Shown here piece after piece: positions 1 to 7,698 of a DNA stretch of 32,000 nucleotides. The position numbers and the translations under genes were made by a program. Location of the stretch: positions 990,001 through 1,022,000 of the forward strand of contig OZ246396.1 in the NCBI GenBank assembly GCA_965230905.1. Reading direction: 5' to 3'. The notes beneath the pieces were generated by a model. That model was given only the letters and a program-made list of their open reading frames with translations. It was not told where the DNA came from and made no database searches. Within the stretch, counting starts at the first letter, position 1; the number at the start of each line of letters is the position of its first letter. The DNA is from Candidatus Saccharimonadota bacterium (GTDB taxonomy: Bacteria > Patescibacteriota > Gracilibacteria > UBA1369 > 2-02-FULL-48-14).

Positions 1-2515
1 GCAGTACTGGCTCAAGCGTGTTTGCGCTGATGGTCCATTCCAAAGAAAGGTTCCCAGGAATTTTGTCGTGCAGTATTGGAATACCGAATCCTGCCGCGAG
101 CGCTCCGTTCACGTCCATACCATTTTCTCCAGGGGAGCCAAACAGTATTCCGCTGAACATCAGGTAAGCTCTTTGTTCGAGTTCGGCGGTGAGTTCTGCT
201 TTTTGTTCGGCGGTGAGATTTCCACCGACAGCGGCTTGGTCAGTCAGGGCTGCGGCTACTTCGCTAGCAGCCTCGTGAGCATCTGCTTGGGTTTTTGCGG
301 TCTCTACCTTTTGGTAAACTCCCATCTCAGCAGAGGCAAAGTACATCGCTCCAAAACGAACGGCGATGATTTGATCTTCCGTGAGTTTGAAGTTCCCATC
401 TTTCAGTTGAGCCATGGTCACTTCGGGAGCGGTCAAGGTATGGGTGAATCCATACGCTTGGTGCTCTGCATTCACCATTTCACGGCCCAAGTTCAAGTAG
501 TTGTTGAGCAGGGCGAGGTAGGCACCTAAATCAGGAGACGCCAGCATTTTATCAAAGGCGCGAGAGTGAGAAATCACTTCACGTTCTCCATAGTATTTAT
601 ATCCTTTCACCGCATGAGAGGTGCTGGCGGGGGTCATCCAAGAATCGGCCGTTATAATGGGGCGATCCGCTGGGGCGAGGGCCCACCAAATATTTTCCAA
701 GGCATTTCCAGAAACGGGAGGGCCGTAGCTGTCTCGGTCAAAGATTTGATCGCTGACGCGAGCCATGTCCTTTTTGGGTCCCTCGTATTTTTTTGCTTCG
801 CGCATGCGGCGGTACTCGTCGGGTGAGCTCTCGGTTTCTTCGGCTTCGTCCAGTTTTTCGAGCAGGGTTTTAGCCGCTGCTTTAAATTCATGTATATAAG
901 GAAGGCTGTCGTTGAGTTCGCTTTCGGGCTTTCCATAAACGGCCAGGGCCATTTCATTGAAGCTCATTGTGAAACGGCCTCCATGGCTGAAGATATCTCC
1001 GTGGAGTTTTTTCCACATGTTGCGGTTGTCGATGAGGCCCACTTGCTTGCGGTGAATAGCAGCCATCATACGAATGGCATCGTAAATATCCTGACCATTT
1101 TCAAGGTACTTGATCTTTGCGATGGCTTCGTAAGAATTTTCTCCGCGGAAATGCTCCGGCACGTCCACGTCTTTTCCTTTTAGTTCATTCAGCGGGGTTG
1201 TGGTGACCAAGGCGATGCTGTCTGAAGCGCCCTCGGGAAGAGGCAGGGGCTCGTCTACATCTGTTCGATATTCGTCGGCTTCATCGGTATAGTGGAGGAT
1301 ACCTTCTCGTGCATCACTGGCCCTTTGCGCTTCTATTCGAGCGTATTCCTCTGGGTTGTTTTCTTTCAACCACTCGTCGGTTGCTACAAAGTTAGGGTTG
1401 GTGGCTTCTCGAGGCGTTGAGGCAGCGGCAGCCACGGCAGCCACCGTAGCGGCTTCATCTTTAGGTGCACTGATCGTGTACCCCTGCAAAATTTCTACAT
1501 AAGCCCCTTTACCTCCCGGTTTACTATAGGTTTTTCCATCGCTGTGAAGGAAGGCGGGGGTTACGGTTCCATTGGTTTTCGTCACCGTAACAAAATCACG
1601 GTTGGTGGCTTGTAAAATGGTACCTAAGGTCAGTTTTCTTTCAGCAAATTTATTGATGGCCTTTGTTTTAGGATCGCGGAAATCTACGGTGAAAGTCTCT
1701 CCAGCGGGCAAATGGCTGTCTACCCCTTGAAGTGCTTTCCCTTCTGCGTCACGCACAAAGAGCAGGGCATAGGTCTTTAAAGCTTCGGTGTCTTCCACCT
1801 TGTGAGCAGCCATTAACTCTAATTTTTGTTCGGCTTCGTAGCGTGCTCGGGAGAGTTCTCTTATTTCGCTTGGACTGACGATGAAATCTTCGTAGGCGGC
1901 GTCGAACTGAGTCCAGGCTATTGCGATCTCCTCTGGGGAAAGCATGTCTGGCAAACGCTCAATCGCTGCCACCTGTTCGAGGGCATGATCTAGGTTGTCC
2001 AAAACCACCCGTGCTTGCGATGGCGAAAGGTCTGCGAGTTTTTCGTTGAGGCGTATAACGCTTTCAGGGGCGAGGTTTTTGCGCTCAATTTTTTGACCAA
2101 TCTCCAGAAGCGCTGAAGCTTCATCATTGATTTCTTTCACTCGGTCAAAGTCGGACGTACTTAAATTTACCTTCGCGAGGATTTGATCACGTTCTTGACG
2201 CAACTCACCCAGCGGTCCCTCTTTGGCAGGGTCGCTTGCGTGATCCGCAAAAAGTCTATCGAAGTTTTCGAGAACTGGCATTGCCTGTGAGATGGTGCTA
2301 AAAGTGCTAAGAGGGGAGTTTAACCCTTTATCATCGGCTTTGGCAAGCGCATTATTCAATAATGTCTTAGTTTCGGCAAGCAGGTCTTTTGAGGCCTCGA
2401 TTTGTTCTACCAGTGAATCAGAAGGAGCTTCAGATCTTTCCGGGCTGAAAAGATAAACTCGGCGAGAGTTTTCGAAGGGATTTTGGAATCCATGATTGAA
2501 GCACAAAATGGCCAT
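1..2515 (-). CDS. Large hypothetical protein, N-terminus in window, C-terminus beyond window edge (at least 838 aa). Not present in the supplied ORF track.
   Basis: Manual minus-strand translation from ATG at 2515-2513 (MAILCFNHGFQNPFENSRRVYLFSPERSEAPSD...) stays stop-free to position 1. No competing ORF is listed between 1184 and 2482 in any frame. The ORF caller apparently requires an in-window stop. No signal peptide and no motif I recognise. Confidence 0.75.
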   Translation of the reverse strand, partial: MAILCFNHGFQNPFENSRRVYLFSPERSEAPSDSLVEQIEASKDLLAETKTLLNNALAKADDKGLNSPLSTFSTISQAMPVLENFDRLFADHASDPAKEGPLGELRQERDQILAKVNLSTSDFDRVKEINDEASALLEIGQKIERKNLAPESVIRLNEKLADLSPSQARVVLDNLDHALEQVAAIERLPDMLSPEEIAIAWTQFDAAYEDFIVSPSEIRELSRARYEAEQKLELMAAHKVEDTEALKTYALLFVRDAEGKALQGVDSHLPAGETFTVDFRDPKTKAINKFAERKLTLGTILQATNRDFVTVTKTNGTVTPAFLHSDGKTYSKPGGKGAYVEILQGYTISAPKDEAATVAAVAAAASTPREATNPNFVATDEWLKENNPEEYARIEAQRASDAREGILHYTDEADEYRTDVDEPLPLPEGASDSIALVTTTPLNELKGKDVDVPEHFRGENSYEAIAKIKYLENGQDIYDAIRMMAAIHRKQVGLIDNRNMWKKLHGDIFSHGGRFTMSFNEMALAVYGKPESELNDSLPYIHEFKAAAKTLLEKLDEAEETESSPDEYRRMREAKKYEGPKKDMARVSDQIFDRDSYGPPVSGNALENIWWALAPADRPIITADSWMTPASTSHAVKGYKYYGEREVISHSRAFDKMLASPDLGAYLALLNNYLNLGREMVNAEHQAYGFTHTLTAPEVTMAQLKDGNFKLTEDQIIAVRFGAMYFASAEMGVYQKVETAKTQADAHEAASEVAAALTDQAAVGGNLTAEQKAELTAELEQRAYLMFSGILFGSPGENGMDVNGALAAGFGIPILHDKIPGNLSLEWTISANTLEPVL

Positions 2516-2619
2516 ACGAGGAGTTTTATTTTTCTTTTATCTAGTAATAGTATCATAAAAGCGGGTTTTCAGCAAGTGTGCATGCTTGGCAATTTTCCAG
2601 GTTCGGGCAATATAGAGAC

Positions 2620-3288
2620 ATGGCATTCCAAACGCCCATCCTCATCACCAATTTTAAGTGCTACCAAGAGTCCACCGGGGCGCGGGCCATTGAACTTGCG
2701 AAATTGCATGAGCGTGTGGCGAATGAACTGGGTGTGAATGTGGCCGTGGTGGGTATGTCACTCGATTTGGCGAATTTGGCCATGAGCGTGAGTATTCCTG
2801 TTTTGGCTCAACATTTGGACGGCGTTGGATGGGGCGCGTATACAGGTTTGGTTCCGGTGGAAGTGGCGCGTGGCGTGGGAATCGATGGATCGATGCTCAA
2901 CCATTCCGAACGACGTATTTCAGATTCGGAAATTGCGCGCGCACTGGAACGCATGAAGGCGCTGAACATGCTTTCGGTGGTTTGTGCCGAAAACAATGAA
3001 GAGGGAAAAAGATTTGCCGACATGGGCGCGGATTTTGTGGCCATTGAAGTGCCTGAGCTCATTGGTGGAAACGTGTCCGTTTCGGCGGCGCATCCCGAAC
3101 TCATTGTGGACGCCGTGCGCATCATTGGACCCGGGAAAGTGCTTGTGGGTGCGGGTATCAAAAGCGCCGAGGATGTGAAGAAAGCGCTGGAACTGGGCGC
3201 CGTTGGTGTGTTGGTTTCCAGCGGAATTGTGAAAGCGGCTGATCCGCTGGCCGCGCTTCGCGAGCTTTGCGGTGCTTTAAACCCCTAG
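2620..3288 (+). CDS. tpiA: Triosephosphate isomerase, archaeal-type (short ~222 aa form)
   Basis: MAFQTPILITNFKCYQESTG at the N-terminus. Also contains MLNHSERR, AIEVPELIGG and GAGIKSAEDVKKALELGAVGVLVSSGIVKA, which match the archaeal TIM pattern (INYK...NHSE(K/R)R...EPPELIG...GAGI). ATG 2620 is preferred over the track's GTG 2578 because homologs start right at the first beta-strand. Confidence 0.85.
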   Translation: MAFQTPILITNFKCYQESTGARAIELAKLHERVANELGVNVAVVGMSLDLANLAMSVSIPVLAQHLDGVGWGAYTGLVPVEVARGVGIDGSMLNHSERRISDSEIARALERMKALNMLSVVCAENNEEGKRFADMGADFVAIEVPELIGGNVSVSAAHPELIVDAVRIIGPGKVLVGAGIKSAEDVKKALELGAVGVLVSSGIVKAADPLAALRELCGALNP

Positions 3289-3291
3289 TCT

Positions 3292-4518
3292 ATGTCACGA
3301 CTTTCGGGAGGAATTTTCCCCCGTCTCATTGCCTTGTTTCCCTTGTTTTTTCCGCTGTATCTTTTTCGCGGAACTTTTGTGGGGGTGCCGGTGACGCTGC
3401 CGGAACTCTTGCTGGGCATTTTGGTTTTGCTGTTTTTGTTTCAAGGGTATGAATGGCGGCTGCGGGAATGGAAACTTTGGCCGGTTGGCTTGTTTTTAGT
3501 GGCTGCGGTGCTGGGACTTTGGGTGGTGTCACCTTCGATGACGTCGCCCGACTCGGTGCAGATGGTGGATGGAACGGAATTTCCGGCCATGACCAAGGCC
3601 TTGGGGATTTTTAAAGGTTGGATTGTGGCGCCGCTGCTTTATTTTGTGATGGCGCGCATGGTTTTCCGCAATAAACCTTCTATGGTTTCGTGGGCGCTCC
3701 GGGCTCTATTGGCTTCCGGCATGGTGCTTTCTTTAGTGGCCTTGCAACAGATTGTAACGGGGGATTTTTTGACGCCAGATATGCGCGCCTCCGGACCCTT
3801 TGAATCGGCGAATTATTTGGCGCTGTATTTGGGGCCGCTGGTGGTGTTTTCTGGGATGTCTTTTTTGCAGGCGGACTCCAAGCGGGATCGAATCTTTTTG
3901 CTCATTGGTTTTGCTTTGTGCGCGGCGGCCTTATTCTTAACCAAGTCTTACGCGGCGTGGATCGCCGTGATCGCGGGTTTTTCTTTGGCTTTGCTTCTGT
4001 GGATGCGGCGCCGGGGCGGCAAGTGGTTCTGGGGAACTTTTGTGACGCTGTTTGTCTTTGGAGCGGGCCTCGTCGCGTCCCAACTGGGCACCGCTAAATT
4101 CACGCAATTTTTGGAATTTTCGGAGCGATCTTCGTCCAGTGTGCGCATTCAAATTTATGAAATAAGTGCGCATCTTTTAGGCGAGCATCCACTCTTGGGG
4201 ATTGGGCTTGGGCAGTTTGAACAACAGTACCAGGCGGTGGCGGTTGAAACCCTGGGTGCGGCCCCTTTTGAATGGAACATGCTTCACCCGCACAATATTT
4301 TCTTGGCGTTTTGGCTGAACATGGGGCTGCTGGGACTCGGTTCTTTTGTGTGGCTCTGTGGGAAAGCTTTTTTGTGGCTGACGGAGGAGGATAAAAAGGA
4401 ACGCCACCTGGCGGCGCTGATGTTGGTGGTCATGGTGGTGCATGGATTTTTTGACACGCCTTACTTCAAAAACGACCTGGCTTTTCAGTTCTGGCTGCTC
4501 ATGGCCATGCTGCTTTAA
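3292..4518 (+). CDS. Polytopic membrane protein of the O-antigen ligase / Wzy_C (WaaL/PglL-like) family
   Basis: At least 10 hydrophobic segments. A large loop is followed by LGIGLGQFEQQY...LHPHNIFLAFWLNMGLLGLGSFVWL, the typical Wzy_C signature region (H-N-x-y-L...G-l-l-G). Starts 3 nt after the tpiA stop. Confidence 0.6.
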   Translation: MSRLSGGIFPRLIALFPLFFPLYLFRGTFVGVPVTLPELLLGILVLLFLFQGYEWRLREWKLWPVGLFLVAAVLGLWVVSPSMTSPDSVQMVDGTEFPAMTKALGIFKGWIVAPLLYFVMARMVFRNKPSMVSWALRALLASGMVLSLVALQQIVTGDFLTPDMRASGPFESANYLALYLGPLVVFSGMSFLQADSKRDRIFLLIGFALCAAALFLTKSYAAWIAVIAGFSLALLLWMRRRGGKWFWGTFVTLFVFGAGLVASQLGTAKFTQFLEFSERSSSSVRIQIYEISAHLLGEHPLLGIGLGQFEQQYQAVAVETLGAAPFEWNMLHPHNIFLAFWLNMGLLGLGSFVWLCGKAFLWLTEEDKKERHLAALMLVVMVVHGFFDTPYFKNDLAFQFWLLMAMLL

Positions 4519-4835
4519 AACGCTTGGGCCAAGTAGACGGCTGCGACGATCAATACTATGACAAAGACGATTCCTCGAAGCAGGTTTCCTGCTGAACTTT
4601 TGATTTCGCTGGTGTTTATGGATGGAGGAATCAAGTCTGCTTTGAAGATGGGCGTGGGGGTGTCCTTCTTTACTGGAGTCACTTGTTGGGTCAGCGCGCT
4701 AGTTAATTCTTTTAAGATCGAATTCTTTTCTAAGATTTCGGTAAGGTTCTTGCCCTTGAATTTATTGGAATAGAATATTAAGGCGCCAAAGAAGAGAATG
4801 GGTGGTAAAAACCCAAAAAAATCAATGATCTGCAT
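4515..4835 (-). CDS. Small hypothetical membrane protein (N- and C-terminal TM helices)
   Basis: 106-aa ORF. Hydrophobic FFGFLPPILFFGALIFY and GIVFVIVLIVAAVYLAQAF. Its ATG shares one base with the upstream TGA (TGATG), implying translational coupling to 4835-5239. Confidence 0.55.
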   Translation of the reverse strand: MQIIDFFGFLPPILFFGALIFYSNKFKGKNLTEILEKNSILKELTSALTQQVTPVKKDTPTPIFKADLIPPSINTSEIKSSAGNLLRGIVFVIVLIVAAVYLAQAF

Positions 4836-5239
4836 CAGTTTTGAGGTAATTTGAAGTATTCTTTCATGAAATCTTTCATTTCTGCTTCGCTCAGCACGTC
4901 CGTGGTTTCCACGCCTTTGAGTTTTTCAAAGAGCACGCGGTGGTCTTCCAATACATTCTTGAATTCGTGCTTCGCGGTGCCCGGACCAAAGATCACAATC
5001 TCTTCGCTACCCTCCAGGTGCTTGATGATTTCCTTGCTGAAGGCTTTCATTTGGTTGTGACGGCGTTCGTCGTGGCGTTGTTGATTCACAATGGTCTGAT
5101 GTTCGCCGTCGTCATGGCCGCCTTTGTGGTGAGGTTCCACCTCCGAAGAAAAAGTTTGCATGGTCATTTCGGCCAGTTTGTTCGACTTAATAACCGTTGC
5201 GTGGGCGTGATCAATCCAAATGCCGGTGAATGTGTGCAT
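4835..5239 (-). CDS. Small soluble hypothetical protein, possible eRF1 M-domain-like / bacterial aeRF1 (baeRF, Host_attach-like) fold
   Basis: 134 aa. An N-terminal strand GIWIDHAHATVIK is followed by a His/Gly-rich loop PHHKGGHDDGEHQ, then a basic helix QQRHDERRHNQMKAFSKEI, then EEIVIFGPGTAKHEFKNVLE. This resembles the vlaGPG..K.ef element of eRF1/Pelota-type domains. The assignment comes from pattern memory only. Confidence 0.35.
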   Translation of the reverse strand: MHTFTGIWIDHAHATVIKSNKLAEMTMQTFSSEVEPHHKGGHDDGEHQTIVNQQRHDERRHNQMKAFSKEIIKHLEGSEEIVIFGPGTAKHEFKNVLEDHRVLFEKLKGVETTDVLSEAEMKDFMKEYFKLPQN

Positions 5240-5291
5240 AGCGTCGGGGTTAGTTTGTGGAAAAGCGTGTCACTATGATAGCCTATTTCCC

Positions 5292-5660
5292 ATGAAGCTG
5301 ACAGGAAAAATACTGCATGGAGCGGGCCGCGGACGGGGGCTGGGATTTCCCACCCTTAATATAGAAGGGGAGTTTTTGGATTTGGAACAAGGTGTGTACG
5401 CGGTGTGGGCCAGTGTGGGGGAAGGCCGATACGAGGGCGCCATGAATTATGGACCTCAGCCGACCTTTGGCGTTGCCGACGTTCGCGTGGAAGTTTTTTT
5501 ACTGAATTTTGAAGGCGAAGTGCATGGGGAGCAGGCTACCGTTACGGTGGTAAAAAAGATTCGCGACACCCGTAAATTTGATTCGGCAGAGGAACTTAAG
5601 GTGCAGATTGCTCAAGACGTTGAGGATGTGAAAGAAGTTCTTTATAATGACCGTACTTGA
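5292..5660 (+). CDS. Monofunctional riboflavin kinase (RibF C-terminal-domain type, no FAD synthetase domain)
   Basis: MKLTGKILHGAGRGRGLGFPTLNIEG...GVYAVWASV...YEGAMNYGPQPTF...VEVFLLNF.G..HG....V..VKKIRDTRKFDSAEELKVQIAQD matches the bacterial riboflavin kinase domain. ATG 5292 is preferred over the upstream alternative start at 5220. Confidence 0.8.
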   Translation: MKLTGKILHGAGRGRGLGFPTLNIEGEFLDLEQGVYAVWASVGEGRYEGAMNYGPQPTFGVADVRVEVFLLNFEGEVHGEQATVTVVKKIRDTRKFDSAEELKVQIAQDVEDVKEVLYNDRT

Positions 5661-5669
5661 CCCCACGCC

Positions 5670-6983
5670 TTGGAAACCCTCAAAGATTTTTTCCGCAATC
5701 TATTGCCACATGAGCACCCGATTCGGCTTTTTTATCATAAGCTGGTTGCCATGGCGGCGGCCATTCGTTACGGCTTTCCGGCCAATAAAATGATTGTGAT
5801 TGCGGTGACCGGGACGAAAGGGAAGACCAGCACGTCCAACATGATCCATCGCATTTTTACGGAGGCGGGACGCAAAACGGGGCTGCTGACCACCATCAAT
5901 TTTAAGATTGGGGAAGACGAAGAACGCAACACCACCAACCACACCACCGTCAGTCCGTTTCAGTTGCAAAAAAAGATTCGTGAGATGGCGGACGCGCGTT
6001 GTGAGCTTTTGGTTTTGGAAGTGACCAGCCATGCGGTGGTTCAACACCGGCTCTGGGGAATCAATGTGGATACGGCCCTGTTCACCAACTTGAGTCAGGA
6101 CCATTTGGACTACCACAAAACCATGGAGCGTTACCGCAACGCGAAAGGCGGTTTGTTTGAACGCTTGAATGCTTCTGCCCGCAAACCCGGCGTTTCCAAA
6201 ATTTCCGTGGTGAACCAAGATGACCCCGAGCACGAGTACTTCAATCGTATTCCGGCGGACCAGTTGTTTGAATATGGAATTTTGAAAGGGGCCTACGCGG
6301 CGCGCAATTTACAACCCAATGCCGAAGGAACAAAATTTTTACTCAGAATCCCGAATGGAGAGGTTGAAATCGACCTAAAAATTCCCGGACAAATGAACGT
6401 TTATAATGCTTTGGCGGCGGCTACGGTTGCCACGGCGCATCAAATCAATTTGCACGTTATAAAGAAAGGGCTCGAAAGCATGCAGCCTTTGCCGGGGCGT
6501 TTGGAGGTGATCGAAGAGGGGCAGCCCTACACGGTGGTGGTGGACTTTGCGCACACCGAGGAATCGCTGCGCCAGGTGCTCAAAATGTTCCGCGAGCTCA
6601 CCAAGGGCAAACTCATTGTGGCGTTTGGCGCTACCGGCGAACGCGATCAGGGTAAACGTCCCAAAATGGGGGCCGTGGTGCACCAGTTTGCGGATCAGGT
6701 TATTTTGACCAACGACGACCCTTACATGGAGGACCCGCTCAAAATTGCAGAGATGATTCGGGAGGGAATCCCTCGAGTAGAAGGGCAGGGCTTTTGGCAG
6801 GTTTTGGACCGAAAGGAAGCCATTCGATTGGCCCTTAGTATGGCCCAAACCGAGCAGGATACCGTGATCATTGCGGGTAAAGGTGCGGAGGCTTACCAAT
6901 TGCTTGGACGTCAACGCATTCCGCACGACGATCGCCAGGTGGTCCGTGAACTGCTCAGCCGCGCCACGGAAGTGGATTTGTAA
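5670..6983 (+). CDS. murE: Mur ligase, MurE-type (UDP-MurNAc-L-Ala-D-Glu:diamino acid ligase) with short N-terminal domain
   Basis: P-loop [37 protein letters not shown] (DNPR-equivalent position) and [12 protein letters not shown] start at 5670. Confidence 0.8.
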   Translation: METLKDFFRNLLPHEHPIRLFYHKLVAMAAAIRYGFPANKMIVIAVTGTKGKTSTSNMIHRIFTEAGRKTGLLTTINFKIGEDEERNTTNHTTVSPFQLQKKIREMADARCELLVLEVTSHAVVQHRLWGINVDTALFTNLSQDHLDYHKTMERYRNAKGGLFERLNASARKPGVSKISVVNQDDPEHEYFNRIPADQLFEYGILKGAYAARNLQPNAEGTKFLLRIPNGEVEIDLKIPGQMNVYNALAAATVATAHQINLHVIKKGLESMQPLPGRLEVIEEGQPYTVVVDFAHTEESLRQVLKMFRELTKGKLIVAFGATGERDQGKRPKMGAVVHQFADQVILTNDDPYMEDPLKIAEMIREGIPRVEGQGFWQVLDRKEAIRLALSMAQTEQDTVIIAGKGAEAYQLLGRQRIPHDDRQVVRELLSRATEVDL

Positions 6984-7007
6984 GATGGAATGCAGTAAAC
7001 TGCCGCC

Positions 7008-7670
7008 ATGCCGAGTGGATTTCTTATTATCGACAAGCCCACGGATTGGACCAGCCACGATGTGGTGGCCAAGTTGCGTGGCATTTTGAAGGAGAAGAAA
7101 ATCGGGCATTTGGGGACGCTGGATCCTTTGGCCACGGGAGTTTTGGTGGTGGCGGTGGGCCGGGACGCGACCAAGCAGATCCAAAACTTCATGAAACTGG
7201 ATAAAGAGTACGTGGTGGAGATGGAGCTGGGCAAAACGTCGGATACCTATGACAGCGAAGGGAAAGTGGAAGCGACTGGATTTGACTTGGCTAGTTTGGA
7301 CAAAAAACTTGTTCAAGAAGCCCTGGAGAGTTTTTGGGGCACGTCGCTTCAAATGCCGCCAGCGTTTTCGGCCAAGAAAATAAATGGAAAAAAAGCTTAT
7401 GAATTGGCGCGGGCCGGCAAACCGGTGGAACTCAAAGCGGTGGAAGTTACTATGCAAGGTTGTGATATTGAGGTGGATCTGCCTTTTGTGCGCTTCACAG
7501 TCACCGTTTCCAGCGGAACCTATGTGCGCTCGCTCGTTCACGACCTCGGGCAAAAGCTTGGCTGCGGAGGAATCCTGACGGCGCTTCGAAGAACCCGCGT
7601 GGGCGAATGGAAATTAGAAGACGCGCAGACTTTGGAACAGATTCAATTGGACTTGTCTGCAAAGGCATGA
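7008..7670 (+). CDS. truB: tRNA pseudouridine(55) synthase, catalytic domain only (no C-terminal PUA domain)
   Basis: [53 protein letters not shown] (catalytic Asp in GTLDP). [19 protein letters not shown]. 220 aa. Confidence 0.9.
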   Translation: MPSGFLIIDKPTDWTSHDVVAKLRGILKEKKIGHLGTLDPLATGVLVVAVGRDATKQIQNFMKLDKEYVVEMELGKTSDTYDSEGKVEATGFDLASLDKKLVQEALESFWGTSLQMPPAFSAKKINGKKAYELARAGKPVELKAVEVTMQGCDIEVDLPFVRFTVTVSSGTYVRSLVHDLGQKLGCGGILTALRRTRVGEWKLEDAQTLEQIQLDLSAKA

Positions 7671-7698
7671 GTAGAATGGGAAAAGTCTTCCCACGTCT

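Noticed and set aside
68-1183. Track ORFs 68-529(+), 566-826(+), 652-957(-) and 890-1183(+)
   Set aside because: All lie inside the continuous stop-free minus-strand reading frame of at least 838 aa (1-2515). None has features of its own.
2578-2619. Track start codons upstream of the chosen starts (tpiA GTG 2578; also 5220, 8730, 9866, 25510 and 28426)
   Set aside because: The N-terminal extensions are non-conserved and contain no signal. In each case an ATG downstream gives the canonical N-terminus of the family: TIM first strand, riboflavin kinase GK.L.G, lipoprotein signal peptide, DnaG zinc ribbon spacing, and PriA MFAEIL.
2516-2619. Sigma-70 promoter TTGGCA-17-AATATA upstream of tpiA
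   Set aside because: The -35 is good but the -10 candidates (AATATA/TATAGA) are poor and sit only 3-5 nt from the ATG. This is too ambiguous to list as a feature.
6375-7553. 392-aa minus-strand ORF spanning the murE 3' end, the intergenic gap and most of truB
   Set aside because: It is antisense to two genes with unambiguous conserved motifs. Its composition is rich in Arg/His/Phe/Leu with no motif, which is typical of an antisense shadow ORF in a moderately GC-rich coding region.
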